Source: a virus | Taxonomy: Duplodnaviria; Caudoviricetes | Strand: one strand, 5' to 3' | DNA: 30,068 nucleotides | IMG/VR virus record: IMGVR_UViG_3300030372_002232 | Coordinates: 1 to 30,068 of that record | Part shown: one piece after another, positions 18,096 through 26,819 of the stretch | How the letters are laid out: each line of letters begins with the position of its first letter | Position numbering within the stretch: position 1 is the stretch's first letter | Notes under the pieces: generated by a model | Database searches by the model: none | What the model was told of the DNA's origin: nothing | The model's input: only the letters and a program-made list of their open reading frames with translations | Position numbers and translations under genes: made by a program

Positions 18096-19160
18096 TCAGC
18101 TCAACCCTGCACCTGAGATGTAGGCAACACTACTTGCTTGGAACCAAATAGTAGCCATTCCACGAGCCGCAAGTGTGCGATTTCCTGTTGCTGCATCGGC
18201 AGCGTTGTGAAGAGTTAAACCACTAGCTTGAGTAATCGTAATATCTGAGCCACTATGATTGATTATTGTCACGGCACTACCACCAGTAAAGACACCGTTA
18301 GGGACAGTAACTCCTCCACTTGTGTTAGTAACTGCTTTACCAACATCACTACTTGATAATGTGTAAGCAGAAGTTGTTGCGTTGTTGGGTATTTTTCTTA
18401 ATTCACCAATGCTGTCTGATACCGTTCCAGCAAACGTGGCGTTACCCGAACCTGTTACGGTTATATTTGACACCCAAGAGCCAGTTGATTTGCTATCTAG
18501 TACAAAGTCTCCGCCTGATTCTGCGTGAAATCTCCAGTAGTCAGCATTATCATCACCTTCGTCAGCAGTAAGTTTAAGAATTGCACCATTACCTTCTGCT
18601 CCTTTAATTGAAATTTCACCAGCAGTAGTTTCTATACCTTGATTAAACGTCCAATAATCAGTAGCGTTTACCCAAAGAATCGACTTGTCGGATGCGCCTT
18701 TGAGAATTATGCCTCCCTGATCCGCAGTCGTATCACTAGGACTAGATACCTTACCGATTTCAATCTGCTTGTCTTCTACATCTAACGTCTGAGTATTAAT
18801 TATCGTCTGAGTGCCATTAACCGTCAGATTCCCGCTTAGTGTGAGATTTACTCCTGTTGCCGTTCCTGTAAATGCAGGATCAGCTTTGGGTGCAAAACCA
18901 GCAACGACAAAGGCTGTTGAGGCAGCTTTAGTACTGTTATCTCCTGCTGTAGGCGTTGGGATTGTAACAGTCCCAGTGAATGTGGGGCTTGCGTCTGAAT
19001 ACGTAAGAGCTACTAAAGATGAACCTTCTTTGACATATAGCTTATTTTGATCTTCGGCATAACTAATCTCTCCATCTTGAAGATCTGAAATACTACCGTT
19101 TAAATTTGAATAAGAACCTCTTGCTATTCTTACTGGTGTTCTAGTGCTGGGAGTTGGCAT
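18096..19160 (-). CDS. Tail fibre protein C
   Basis: N-terminal RIARG...LQDGEISY...KLY anchor motif; shares the fibre repeat and VEDK module with fibres A and B. Confidence 0.85.
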   Translation of the reverse strand: MPTPSTRTPVRIARGSYSNLNGSISDLQDGEISYAEDQNKLYVKEGSSLVALTYSDASPTFTGTVTIPTPTAGDNSTKAASTAFVVAGFAPKADPAFTGTATGVNLTLSGNLTVNGTQTIINTQTLDVEDKQIEIGKVSSPSDTTADQGGIILKGASDKSILWVNATDYWTFNQGIETTAGEISIKGAEGNGAILKLTADEGDDNADYWRFHAESGGDFVLDSKSTGSWVSNITVTGSGNATFAGTVSDSIGELRKIPNNATTSAYTLSSSDVGKAVTNTSGGVTVPNGVFTGGSAVTIINHSGSDITITQASGLTLHNAADAATGNRTLAARGMATIWFQASSVAYISGAGLS

Positions 19161-19162
19161 AG

Positions 19163-19483
19163 TTAGCTACCGAAATCGCCTCCGTCAAATACATTCGCTG
19201 TACTTATCGTAGACGTTCCGTTATTGAAGTTACCTCCATCAATCATAATTAAAGTTCCACCTATCTCACCCCAACTTGATGTATAGCCTTCAAACTTAGA
19301 CGTTGTTGTGTTATATCTAAACATCCCTGCTGCTGCACTACCCGGTCTTTGAGCAGTAGTACCAGCATTTAACTTCAAAGCTCCAGTATTGAAGAGATGA
19401 ATGTTTATTAAATCAAGAGTGACATCTGTACCTGAATCGTTGTACAGAAACTCATCAATTTTTAGTTTTCCGTATTGTGGCAT
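19163..19483 (-). CDS. Short tail-fibre-associated protein
   Basis: GTTAQRP...GMFRYNTTTSKFEGY motif typical of phage fibre proteins; N-terminus YGKLKI resembles fibres A and B. Confidence 0.8.
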   Translation of the reverse strand: MPQYGKLKIDEFLYNDSGTDVTLDLINIHLFNTGALKLNAGTTAQRPGSAAAGMFRYNTTTSKFEGYTSSWGEIGGTLIMIDGGNFNNGTSTISTANVFDGGDFGS

Positions 19484-19484
19484 T

Positions 19485-19997
19485 TTAAAGAATCACCCAT
19501 ACTCTATTTTGGGGTACCGTCACGACGGCATTGTTTTGAATCGTCATTGGTCCGACTGATACGGCGTTTTTGTCACCATCGCCATCGCCAATTGTGTATG
19601 AAGTCGTAACTGTATATTGATTTTCAAGAAACGACTCATCAGTTCCACCACCAGATCCAGCCCCGCCGCCACCGCCTACAGCAGTCCAAGCGTTGATTGA
19701 TCCAGCTAAATATATTTTAGTGCTTGAGTCAGTTGTGTTATGCCACCAATCACCTTCGTTCATTCCAGATGATGGGGCTGATGTTTGAATATAAACCTTA
19801 CTTCCACCAACAGATTCCCATGCACTGCCATTCCACATCTTGAGCAGACTATTTGTGGTGTCGTACCACATGTCTGCTGTCTGTGCAGTAGGCGCTGAAG
19901 ATGCTCTATAAATCCAAGGTGTATTTAAACGATCACTAGCAATATCCAATTCGCTTGGATAGCCATTGATATAAATTATCGGTTTGCGTGTTGCCAT
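19485..19997 (-). CDS. Tail-fibre-associated protein
   Basis: Two SAP...(G)DxW(Y/H)(D/N)T...LK repeats and a C-terminal NAVSVGPMTI...VTVP...WVIL motif. Confidence 0.8.
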   Translation of the reverse strand: MATRKPIIYINGYPSELDIASDRLNTPWIYRASSAPTAQTADMWYDTTNSLLKMWNGSAWESVGGSKVYIQTSAPSSGMNEGDWWHNTTDSSTKIYLAGSINAWTAVGGGGGAGSGGGTDESFLENQYTVTTSYTIGDGDGDKNAVSVGPMTIQNNAVVTVPQNRVWVIL

Positions 19998-20528
19998 CTA
20001 CTTCAGTTGTACTGGGACATCAATGTTTAATGCGAGAGTATTTGCATTCAAAGCTTCTCCCACAAAAACGACATAATGACCACCTGTTGATGGTGGTGTT
20101 GTTGATATTGCTCCTGATCCGTTTAAGAAATAACGACTACCAACAGTTAAATTCCCTCCACTCCAACCAGTTAAATCAATCTTTCCAGCAAAGGATAATT
20201 TAGCAGTAGCGTTTGCTGAAACTGCTTCCATCACCATTCCCGCAACAGTTGCAATGTCTCTTGTCGAACTATGTATTGCTTTTGCAAGTTTTCCGTTGGC
20301 ATCGATGTAAACAACATCGCCAATTGCTAGATTCTCTGCGGCAGTTAATTCAATTTCAAGAGCTGAACCACCACCCATTCCAGCAATAGCAGTTTGAAGT
20401 GCTATTAAGGCTTGAATAACGCCTCCCGTATTGCTGAGATACTCTCCCGTCACTGTTCCTCCCGCTGCGACAATGCAAGCTTTAATGGCTGAAATAATGC
20501 CACCAGTATTTTCAGGGTAAGCCGCCAT
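19998..20528 (-). CDS. Virion protein with cement/DUF2190-like domain
   Basis: AAENLAIGDVVYI...AGMVMEAVSANAT...LTVGSRYFL...VGEAL pattern. Confidence 0.7.
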   Translation of the reverse strand: MAAYPENTGGIISAIKACIVAAGGTVTGEYLSNTGGVIQALIALQTAIAGMGGGSALEIELTAAENLAIGDVVYIDANGKLAKAIHSSTRDIATVAGMVMEAVSANATAKLSFAGKIDLTGWSGGNLTVGSRYFLNGSGAISTTPPSTGGHYVVFVGEALNANTLALNIDVPVQLK

Positions 20529-20548
20529 ACTTCCTATTCTAAGGACTT

Positions 20549-21967
20549 CTAAGGAATGATTATTGGAGCGGTGTTTGACCCTCCTTTTACTACTTCAATC
20601 ATCGGGTAACTAACACCTCCAATTGTTACTGTGCTTTCAAATTGTTGGTTGCTTGCATTGAAGATTCTGATCTCTTGCGTACCTCTTTTACACCACCAAT
20701 CATTCTGTCTGCACCAGCTTGCTTCTGGTTCTTCGTGATCATTCCAGAGCATTGGTCTATTGTCTGATCTAATATTATTTCTTACGTCTGTACCCGGAAA
20801 AAGTTCTAAGCCAACAACTTCTGCTAAAGCCAAGGCGTACCTGTCGTAGTTAACTCGATGTCTTGCGTTGTATTCGTCATAGACCTCATCACTAAACTCT
20901 CGCTCCATACTTGAATCTGTAAGCAATCCACTAGTGTTGTCGCCGTAATACTGAGTTGGAAAATCGTTTGGTTCATACCAAGGGATTCCACATTCCCATC
21001 TCATCGCATGCATATGTTTACATTCGCGACGTTCGTCAATGCGACCTTGTAGAGAACGCCACTGCCTGTAATAACCAGCACCCTGTCTTTCCCATGCAGC
21101 CCTAACAGTTCTACTGGCGTTAGGTAATGGGAACATATCTTGATCAACTTCTCCTTTCGGAAATTCAAGGTTGGCTAATGCGCCACCTAGATGATCAGGA
21201 CAGCAGCAAAACATCTTTGTAGAAGAGCAAAGATGACGAGTTCCATCTGTCTTCCAAATATTTGGAGAAGATGGATTGTAATCAAGTTTTTTCCAATAAA
21301 TTGTATTGTTGTATTTAACTCTTCCATAGGCTTTTGACAAGTCAAATACCAATGTCATCGAACCTGTATTTGCAGCAATTAAAGTTAAAGCAACACTTCC
21401 TTCTGGTTTAGTAACAACATCATCTGGGTAATTAGGTCCAGACGCTGTGTCTTCGAATTGATCACCGATAAAAATAGAAAAAATACCAACTTGAGATGAA
21501 GTTAAGACTCCGTTGACGTTGTAAGTCAACGTATGATTTGCAGGATCAGGATCACTTGTATTCGTTGATATTTGCGACGATGTCAAAGCATTGGGAAGAA
21601 TAATACTTCCTCTTGTTCTTTGTCCTACATACCACGTTCTCTCAGGACTAGTCTCACTTGGGAACATTGTGACAATGTCCTTTGATATACCGCTAACAGC
21701 ACCTGTTGTAAATCGACTATTGCTGTATATAGATAAGTCATCCCAGCTTCTACCCGTGCCAAAATAATAGGCTTGACCTAACTGCCATCTCTTGTAATCG
21801 CTTTGACGATTATACGACTCAAGAATTGTAGGGAACTGAGCTGTTCCGTAGAGACCTAATCCTTTACCTTTACTCGGATATAAACCTTTTGCCTTGTTTA
21901 ATCCAATTCCTTTCGTAACAGGTTGAAGCCCGAAACCTGTACTTAGGCTTCCGAGACCTTTACCCAT
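20549..21967 (-). CDS. Hypothetical protein with SWIM-like zinc-finger motif
   Basis: FCCCPDH ... CKHMHA (CxC...CxH) with a long spacer; 472 aa within the structural operon. Confidence 0.7.
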   Translation of the reverse strand: MGKGLGSLSTGFGLQPVTKGIGLNKAKGLYPSKGKGLGLYGTAQFPTILESYNRQSDYKRWQLGQAYYFGTGRSWDDLSIYSNSRFTTGAVSGISKDIVTMFPSETSPERTWYVGQRTRGSIILPNALTSSQISTNTSDPDPANHTLTYNVNGVLTSSQVGIFSIFIGDQFEDTASGPNYPDDVVTKPEGSVALTLIAANTGSMTLVFDLSKAYGRVKYNNTIYWKKLDYNPSSPNIWKTDGTRHLCSSTKMFCCCPDHLGGALANLEFPKGEVDQDMFPLPNASRTVRAAWERQGAGYYRQWRSLQGRIDERRECKHMHAMRWECGIPWYEPNDFPTQYYGDNTSGLLTDSSMEREFSDEVYDEYNARHRVNYDRYALALAEVVGLELFPGTDVRNNIRSDNRPMLWNDHEEPEASWCRQNDWWCKRGTQEIRIFNASNQQFESTVTIGGVSYPMIEVVKGGSNTAPIIIP

Positions 21968-23232
21968 TATCTAAAACTACTTGATGGGTCGAAGTAAGTA
22001 CTACCTCGCTCTTCTCCAGACCTCAACCCTGCTTTTGCGTATGGTCTGTCCTCTCTCACTCTTGGACCAGCAGTGATTCTGCTTCTTTTTCTTGAACGAT
22101 CTGAAGTTGCAGTAGCTCCTGAAGTTAGATCACCTCTTCTTCTGCCTGGGAAACTTCCAACACTAAATCCTCTAGTCAACTGTGATGTCTCATCAGCACG
22201 TTGAGCGTTGATATAAGAATCTGCTTCTCTTCTTGCGTCGTCGTAATCAGATTCTAGTTGTGCGTATTTTTCTTTATTTTTGTTGAGTGCATCGTCGTAC
22301 TCGATTTGAGTGCCGCCGTCATCAGTGTTATCAGTATTGTCAGTATTGTCTGTGTTATCAGTGTTATCAGTGTTATCAGTGTTATCGGTATCATCAGTGT
22401 CATCAGTTATAGGCACACATCCAGTACCTGCGCTGTTTAATTGCTGACCCGAACCACAAACAATCGGTAATTCATCTTCTTCTTCGGTACTTGTATCACA
22501 GTTAGATCCATCCCAAGTACCACCAGATTGAGCACATGCATACTCATCGCTTCGTCTGATATTTGCTAATACTTGTTCTCTTGTCTGCTTAGGTCTGTCG
22601 TCCTGACCATAAGTTAATTCGGTATCGCCCCTTAAATCACCCATCCAGTAATTTCTACCCTCATCTCCTAATTGTCTACCAAGTTCACTCTCGTAAATAT
22701 CATTTAGCCACTTTTCGTTGCTGAGATTGATATTTGATTCAACCTCTTCACGAGTAGCACCTCTTCCTAAGTCTCCTAGCCAATATTCTCGACCTTCATC
22801 TCCAAGATCACGATTTAATGCTGTTTGATAAGTACTCTGTAACCACTCCTCATCGTTCTGACCAGAACCTGCTGTATCGTTGATATTTTGATATTCATTG
22901 CTACGCCTGAAATTGTCTACAACTTCTTGCTGCGTTTGTGCCCCACTATTGATTTGTTCAGCCCAGTAATTAGCTCCTGCGGTATCTGGCTCTCTATCTA
23001 ATTCAATCTTGTATGTATCTTCAATAAACTGCTGAGTTTCCACTTCCTTGTCTGCTTTGATCTGCTTTGCTTCATCTGAAGAATCAAATAATGCAGCAAC
23101 TTGATCAGCACTTGTTTTCCCTGAATCTAATTCAGCCTTCCAATAAGCCTTGCCTGCCGCGTCAGGTGCTCTACCAAACTTCTCTTGGTAAAGCTGATCT
23201 AAATATGCTCCTGTATCAGCAAGTGACGACAT
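21967..23232 (-). CDS. DUF4214 repeat protein (S-layer N-terminal-like domain) with Cys motifs and TDN repeats
   Basis: Four repeats of Y...(L/F).R...D..G..YW...(L/I)..G...R..V...(F/I)..S.E; then CAQSGGTWDGSNC, CGSGQQLNSAGTGC, an acidic repeat and a basic tail. Confidence 0.8.
   Translation of the reverse strand: MSSLADTGAYLDQLYQEKFGRAPDAAGKAYWKAELDSGKTSADQVAALFDSSDEAKQIKADKEVETQQFIEDTYKIELDREPDTAGANYWAEQINSGAQTQQEVVDNFRRSNEYQNINDTAGSGQNDEEWLQSTYQTALNRDLGDEGREYWLGDLGRGATREEVESNINLSNEKWLNDIYESELGRQLGDEGRNYWMGDLRGDTELTYGQDDRPKQTREQVLANIRRSDEYACAQSGGTWDGSNCDTSTEEEDELPIVCGSGQQLNSAGTGCVPITDDTDDTDNTDNTDNTDNTDNTDNTDNTDDGGTQIEYDDALNKNKEKYAQLESDYDDARREADSYINAQRADETSQLTRGFSVGSFPGRRRGDLTSGATATSDRSRKRSRITAGPRVREDRPYAKAGLRSGEERGSTYFDPSSSFR
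22318..22407 (-). repeat. 9-bp tandem repeat, 10 units, encoding (TDD)2(TDN)7(TDD)
   Basis: atcagtgtt-like units directly visible, with synonymous variation. Confidence 0.9.
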
Positions 23233-23235
23233 GAC

Positions 23236-23772
23236 TTAGAAGAAACCTCCTTGAGCGAAAACGTGAACTCGTGTATTTGCACTTGGAGCCGCAATCGCTT
23301 GATCAACTCCTACATAAAGCAATGCACTTGATGGGACATATAAACCTGTATTTTTCTTATCCGTTTCAGTTGGATACGCTGCCATCGTTGCTGCTGGGCT
23401 TGCCAAGTTAGGAACAGGAACACTTAATGGAGGTAAAGGAATATTTGTTCTAGTACCAACAGCCGAGGAAGCAATTGCTGCTCCTCCTACATACGCTGAA
23501 TTTGCTGTTGTTATAGATGTCGCAGTTGTCGCTGTACTTAAGAAAACTAAAACATTTCTAGCAGTGGTATTAGCTTCTAAAGCCACGATGGACAAACTAT
23601 CAACTACAGCTCCATCGTTTCCAGAACAATCCACAAGAACAACAAATCCTGCTGGAGCTGGCGTATTGAAATTGGTTGCTGTTACCAGTCCAGCAGTACC
23701 ACCAATCGTTGCGAATGAATGCAGAGGTCTATCGACCAACAGAGGCATTTTGTTTGAACTACTCGTTGCCAT
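23236..23772 (-). CDS. Putative virion structural protein, Ala/Thr-rich
   Basis: 178-aa beta-rich ORF in the structural operon. Confidence 0.7.
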   Translation of the reverse strand: MATSSSNKMPLLVDRPLHSFATIGGTAGLVTATNFNTPAPAGFVVLVDCSGNDGAVVDSLSIVALEANTTARNVLVFLSTATTATSITTANSAYVGGAAIASSAVGTRTNIPLPPLSVPVPNLASPAATMAAYPTETDKKNTGLYVPSSALLYVGVDQAIAAPSANTRVHVFAQGGFF

Positions 23773-23826
23773 TTAATTAACCATCTATAGAAAGTTTACT
23801 GAGAATTCAATACCGGAAGATCTCAA

Positions 23827-24264
23827 TTAGACAGGAGAGATATCCCTGAGAGGTCCGCTATTCATCAGACCTAAAGATGTACTCATGCCTCTTTTCTGTG
23901 CCTTCTCCTTTACAGGTTTCACTTTTCCAGCTCTTTCGACTGGAACTGGAGGAGGATCAAACGATGAACCCCTTTGATTAGGTCTCGTTAATGTAGGTGT
24001 TTCATTATTGATAATCTGTTCACCATCGCCATATGGATTTCTTCTTACTACTTGATCTCCTTGCATAGAACCAGCAGGATCTGCTGGAGCTGGTACTGGC
24101 TGGAATGATTTTATATTCTGAGGATTATTAGGTACTCCACCTTTCGATCCAGCTAAGAAATTATTAACTTCTCTTTCTTCTTGCTTATTGATGTACCACT
24201 CATTTGGTCGGAAAGATCTTTTAGCACCTTCTTTATACTTCATGTGCTCGGCTTTTTTAGTCAT
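23827..24264 (-). CDS. Hypothetical protein
   Basis: 145-aa ORF with ATGA overlap to the upstream gene. Confidence 0.7.
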   Translation of the reverse strand: MTKKAEHMKYKEGAKRSFRPNEWYINKQEEREVNNFLAGSKGGVPNNPQNIKSFQPVPAPADPAGSMQGDQVVRRNPYGDGEQIINNETPTLTRPNQRGSSFDPPPVPVERAGKVKPVKEKAQKRGMSTSLGLMNSGPLRDISPV

Positions 24265-25157
24265 GCCACAGATCCTCCGCCTAGAGCTTGAAATACATAA
24301 TTAGGAACCCTTCCTTTTGTAAATGATGTGACTAACTCGTCTGCTGGATTAGGAACATTTCCGGGCTGTCCTCCAGGGGCAGGTAATTCTAATCCTGATT
24401 CTCCGCCAACTTGTGGTTGCATGTTGGAGTTAAATGCTGGATTAAAATCATCCTCTGTTGTTGTCTTGACTGACTGAGCTAATAACGTGACCGGATCACC
24501 AAAAGCATTTGCTCTATTTGTATTTGCGTCGGTCAGACTTGGAGCGATTTCTAATCCACCTTGCTCAGGATCTATGCCAGAGATATCCGCTTTCTTTTCA
24601 TAGACTGCTTCGCTTTGACTTGTTATCTCATCTCTTTGTAATTCAGGCGCTGGCTGTATCTCTCCACCATTAATTGATTGAGTACCCTCTACTGCTTGAC
24701 TTGCATCAAACGACTTGTTTCCTCCCGGCAAATTAATTGTGTTTGACCTTGCTAATAAGTAACCAAGACCTCCACCTAATAGTGCATTTTGAAGTTTTCC
24801 GTCACCTAGAGCCAAGCCAAGTCCTGCACCCATTACAGCACCACCAGCAGGATCAAGAAGAACCTTTCCATGCTGTTGAAGCATTTGATTCATTTGACTC
24901 TGACGATTTCTTTCTGTCTGAGCACCAGCGTTATAAGTCGGTAAAACCTCTTGTTTTTCGCTACTTTCTACGGAAGATTGACCTTCGATATTTTGTTCCG
25001 CTTTATCAATATCTACGATTTTTTTATCATCAAAATAATCTGTTTGACCAAGCATCTCTAATGCTCTTGCTTTTTTGCCATCGTAAATCTGCTGTTTAAT
25101 TTGATTATGTCTGCCTCCAACTCCAAGGCGGCTTCCATATGGTGAATTGTCTGACAT
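24261..25157 (-). CDS. Hypothetical protein with glycine-zipper-like segment
   Basis: AGGAVMGAGLGLALG...ALLGGGLGYLL; GGAGG upstream of the ATG. Confidence 0.75.
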   Translation of the reverse strand: MSDNSPYGSRLGVGGRHNQIKQQIYDGKKARALEMLGQTDYFDDKKIVDIDKAEQNIEGQSSVESSEKQEVLPTYNAGAQTERNRQSQMNQMLQQHGKVLLDPAGGAVMGAGLGLALGDGKLQNALLGGGLGYLLARSNTINLPGGNKSFDASQAVEGTQSINGGEIQPAPELQRDEITSQSEAVYEKKADISGIDPEQGGLEIAPSLTDANTNRANAFGDPVTLLAQSVKTTTEDDFNPAFNSNMQPQVGGESGLELPAPGGQPGNVPNPADELVTSFTKGRVPNYVFQALGGGSVA

Positions 25158-25166
25158 GGTTCGTGG

Positions 25167-25652
25167 TTACCTCCAGTTTTGTGATCCAACGGCTTGAGCA
25201 ATTCTTGTTCCAACTGCTGTATCAGCCGGACCTTTGATTGCCATGATGTATTCAGATCCAGATCGATCGAATGCGTATCTCCTTACCTCGTCTCGTCGAT
25301 AGTTAGCCACATACAGAGTTTCAGCTAAACGATCAACTTCTCTGAGGTAAACCTCTCGATAGGTCTTATCTGCCTTAATAGGATCTGACTGCATGATCTG
25401 CCTGTCAGTATCCCCAGTAATCCGTTGGACCATATTGGGCTGTGGAGCACTCTCAGTTTTAAAGATCTGAGAAAGCCTGTAGACCTTATCGCAACGATTA
25501 AGATGCTCAATGATTCGCTCATAGAAATAACTATCAGGAACACGAGCCATTGCTTCTTCTAAACGAGCAATATCACCGGCAGGCAAATTCGCTCCGGTGT
25601 TATAGCCAAGATGGAACCTTGTACGGCTTTTGTCGTAGTCGTTAAGTTCCAA
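25167..25652 (-). CDS. Putative head-tail adaptor / head completion protein
   Basis: Position three genes after the capsid gene; helical; N-terminal DKSRTRFHLGY is reminiscent of adaptor VRxxLG motifs. Function inferred from position. Confidence 0.5.
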   Translation of the reverse strand: MELNDYDKSRTRFHLGYNTGANLPAGDIARLEEAMARVPDSYFYERIIEHLNRCDKVYRLSQIFKTESAPQPNMVQRITGDTDRQIMQSDPIKADKTYREVYLREVDRLAETLYVANYRRDEVRRYAFDRSGSEYIMAIKGPADTAVGTRIAQAVGSQNWR

Positions 25653-25681
25653 CCGTAAATAAAAGCGACTTTCGCTTTATT

Positions 25682-26110
25682 CTAGGCAATGTAGATAAGG
25701 TCTTCTTTAAATACCTCATCCCAATCAACTCTCGAGATCTTTTTAAGTTGATCTAATTTTGAAAATCTTTCTCCGGGTAGAGATAATCTGAGTTCGATAA
25801 TTTTCTTAGCAGTTGCATATCCAATCCCTTTAACTTGCTTGGCAAGTGATTCTGCTGTGGCAACATTCACGTTAAGCCTTGTATCTAATGGGATTACAGC
25901 TTCTGGAATTTTATCCTCATCCTTCTTTTCCATAACAACTGGTTCAACCTTCTGACCCGTTCGACCTTTGTTTGCTTCGTAGGAAACCAGATCATCTAAA
26001 GCAACGTATTGAACTACGCCTGTCGCATTCTTGACCATTGCCCAGTCTTTGTCGTGATGTCCAATGAACTCGACAACTTGACCGTTCCTTTGATTTTGAT
26101 ATAACGCCAT
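25682..26110 (-). CDS. Helix-hairpin-helix (ComEA-like) DNA-binding protein
   Basis: LNVNVATAESLAKQVKGIGYATAKKIIELR...FSKLDQLKKI. Confidence 0.85.
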   Translation of the reverse strand: MALYQNQRNGQVVEFIGHHDKDWAMVKNATGVVQYVALDDLVSYEANKGRTGQKVEPVVMEKKDEDKIPEAVIPLDTRLNVNVATAESLAKQVKGIGYATAKKIIELRLSLPGERFSKLDQLKKISRVDWDEVFKEDLIYIA

Positions 26111-26114
26111 AAAT

Positions 26115-26145
26115 AAAAAAAGAGCACCCCGTAAGAGATGCTCTT
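26115..26145 (-). terminator. Rho-independent terminator after the capsid / capsid-associated gene pair
   Basis: Minus strand AAGAGCATCTC-TTAC-GGGGTGCTCTT plus T-run; includes G-U pairs. Confidence 0.8.
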
Positions 26146-26169
26146 ATTGTAGTGAGAAAACCTAGTAAT

Positions 26170-26805
26170 TTAGGTCTCTGTGACGAATGGGATGTATGTA
26201 TCATCCAATCCAGCAACCTCATCGTCTGTGAAGTATGAGACTTCAACGATGATTGGTGTACCACCAGCTTGTGTAGAAGATAAAGCACTTCCAGCAGCGT
26301 TAGCCGCTGCATTACGAACATAGACCTTAAGAGTCTCAGCTCCTGAAAGAACTGCTGCTGTTACGATTCCTTTCTTCGCAGATGCTGGTGCAATAGTTGT
26401 ACTAGCAACTGCAATTGTTGGAGATGAAACAACACTTGTTGTAATGCTGCCAGCCGCTGAAGCAGCAGCATCTTTTACAGCAATTGTGTCTGTGTTAGTA
26501 CCAACTAGACCAGAAGCGGCAGTACCGACTCCAAGATCTTTACGCATATCAGGAACACGAATACCTACGTGGTATACGCTTGATCCTGCTGGAATTGTTA
26601 GTCCTGTGATGTTGGCACGAACTTTGTCGTCGCCACGCATATCAGGGCTAGGGATGGTAATTGCAAACTCAGTAGCTCCTGTAGAAGTTACTAGTGCATA
26701 ACCAACAACGTGATGATAAACACGACCTGGAACAGCAACTACTGGCTGTCCTTGGTAACTACTTAAATTAGTGACCCAGTTACCGGGGTATATCTTTTTA
26801 GCCAT
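26170..26805 (-). CDS. Capsid-associated (decoration/minor capsid) protein
   Basis: Directly follows the capsid gene with strong AGGAGG overlapping the capsid stop; Ala/Thr/Val-rich; terminator follows. Function inferred. Confidence 0.65.
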   Translation of the reverse strand: MAKKIYPGNWVTNLSSYQGQPVVAVPGRVYHHVVGYALVTSTGATEFAITIPSPDMRGDDKVRANITGLTIPAGSSVYHVGIRVPDMRKDLGVGTAASGLVGTNTDTIAVKDAAASAAGSITTSVVSSPTIAVASTTIAPASAKKGIVTAAVLSGAETLKVYVRNAAANAAGSALSSTQAGGTPIIVEVSYFTDDEVAGLDDTYIPFVTET

Positions 26806-26819
26806 TATTAGTTACCTCC

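Noticed and set aside
10120-19160. Diversity-generating retroelement or invertible fibre switch
   Set aside because: No reverse transcriptase, no evident adenine-specific template/variable repeat pair, and all repeats are direct rather than inverted.
25682-26110. PsbU photosynthesis gene
   Set aside because: The shared HhH-like pattern fits ComEA-type GIG..TA..II better, and there is no signal peptide.
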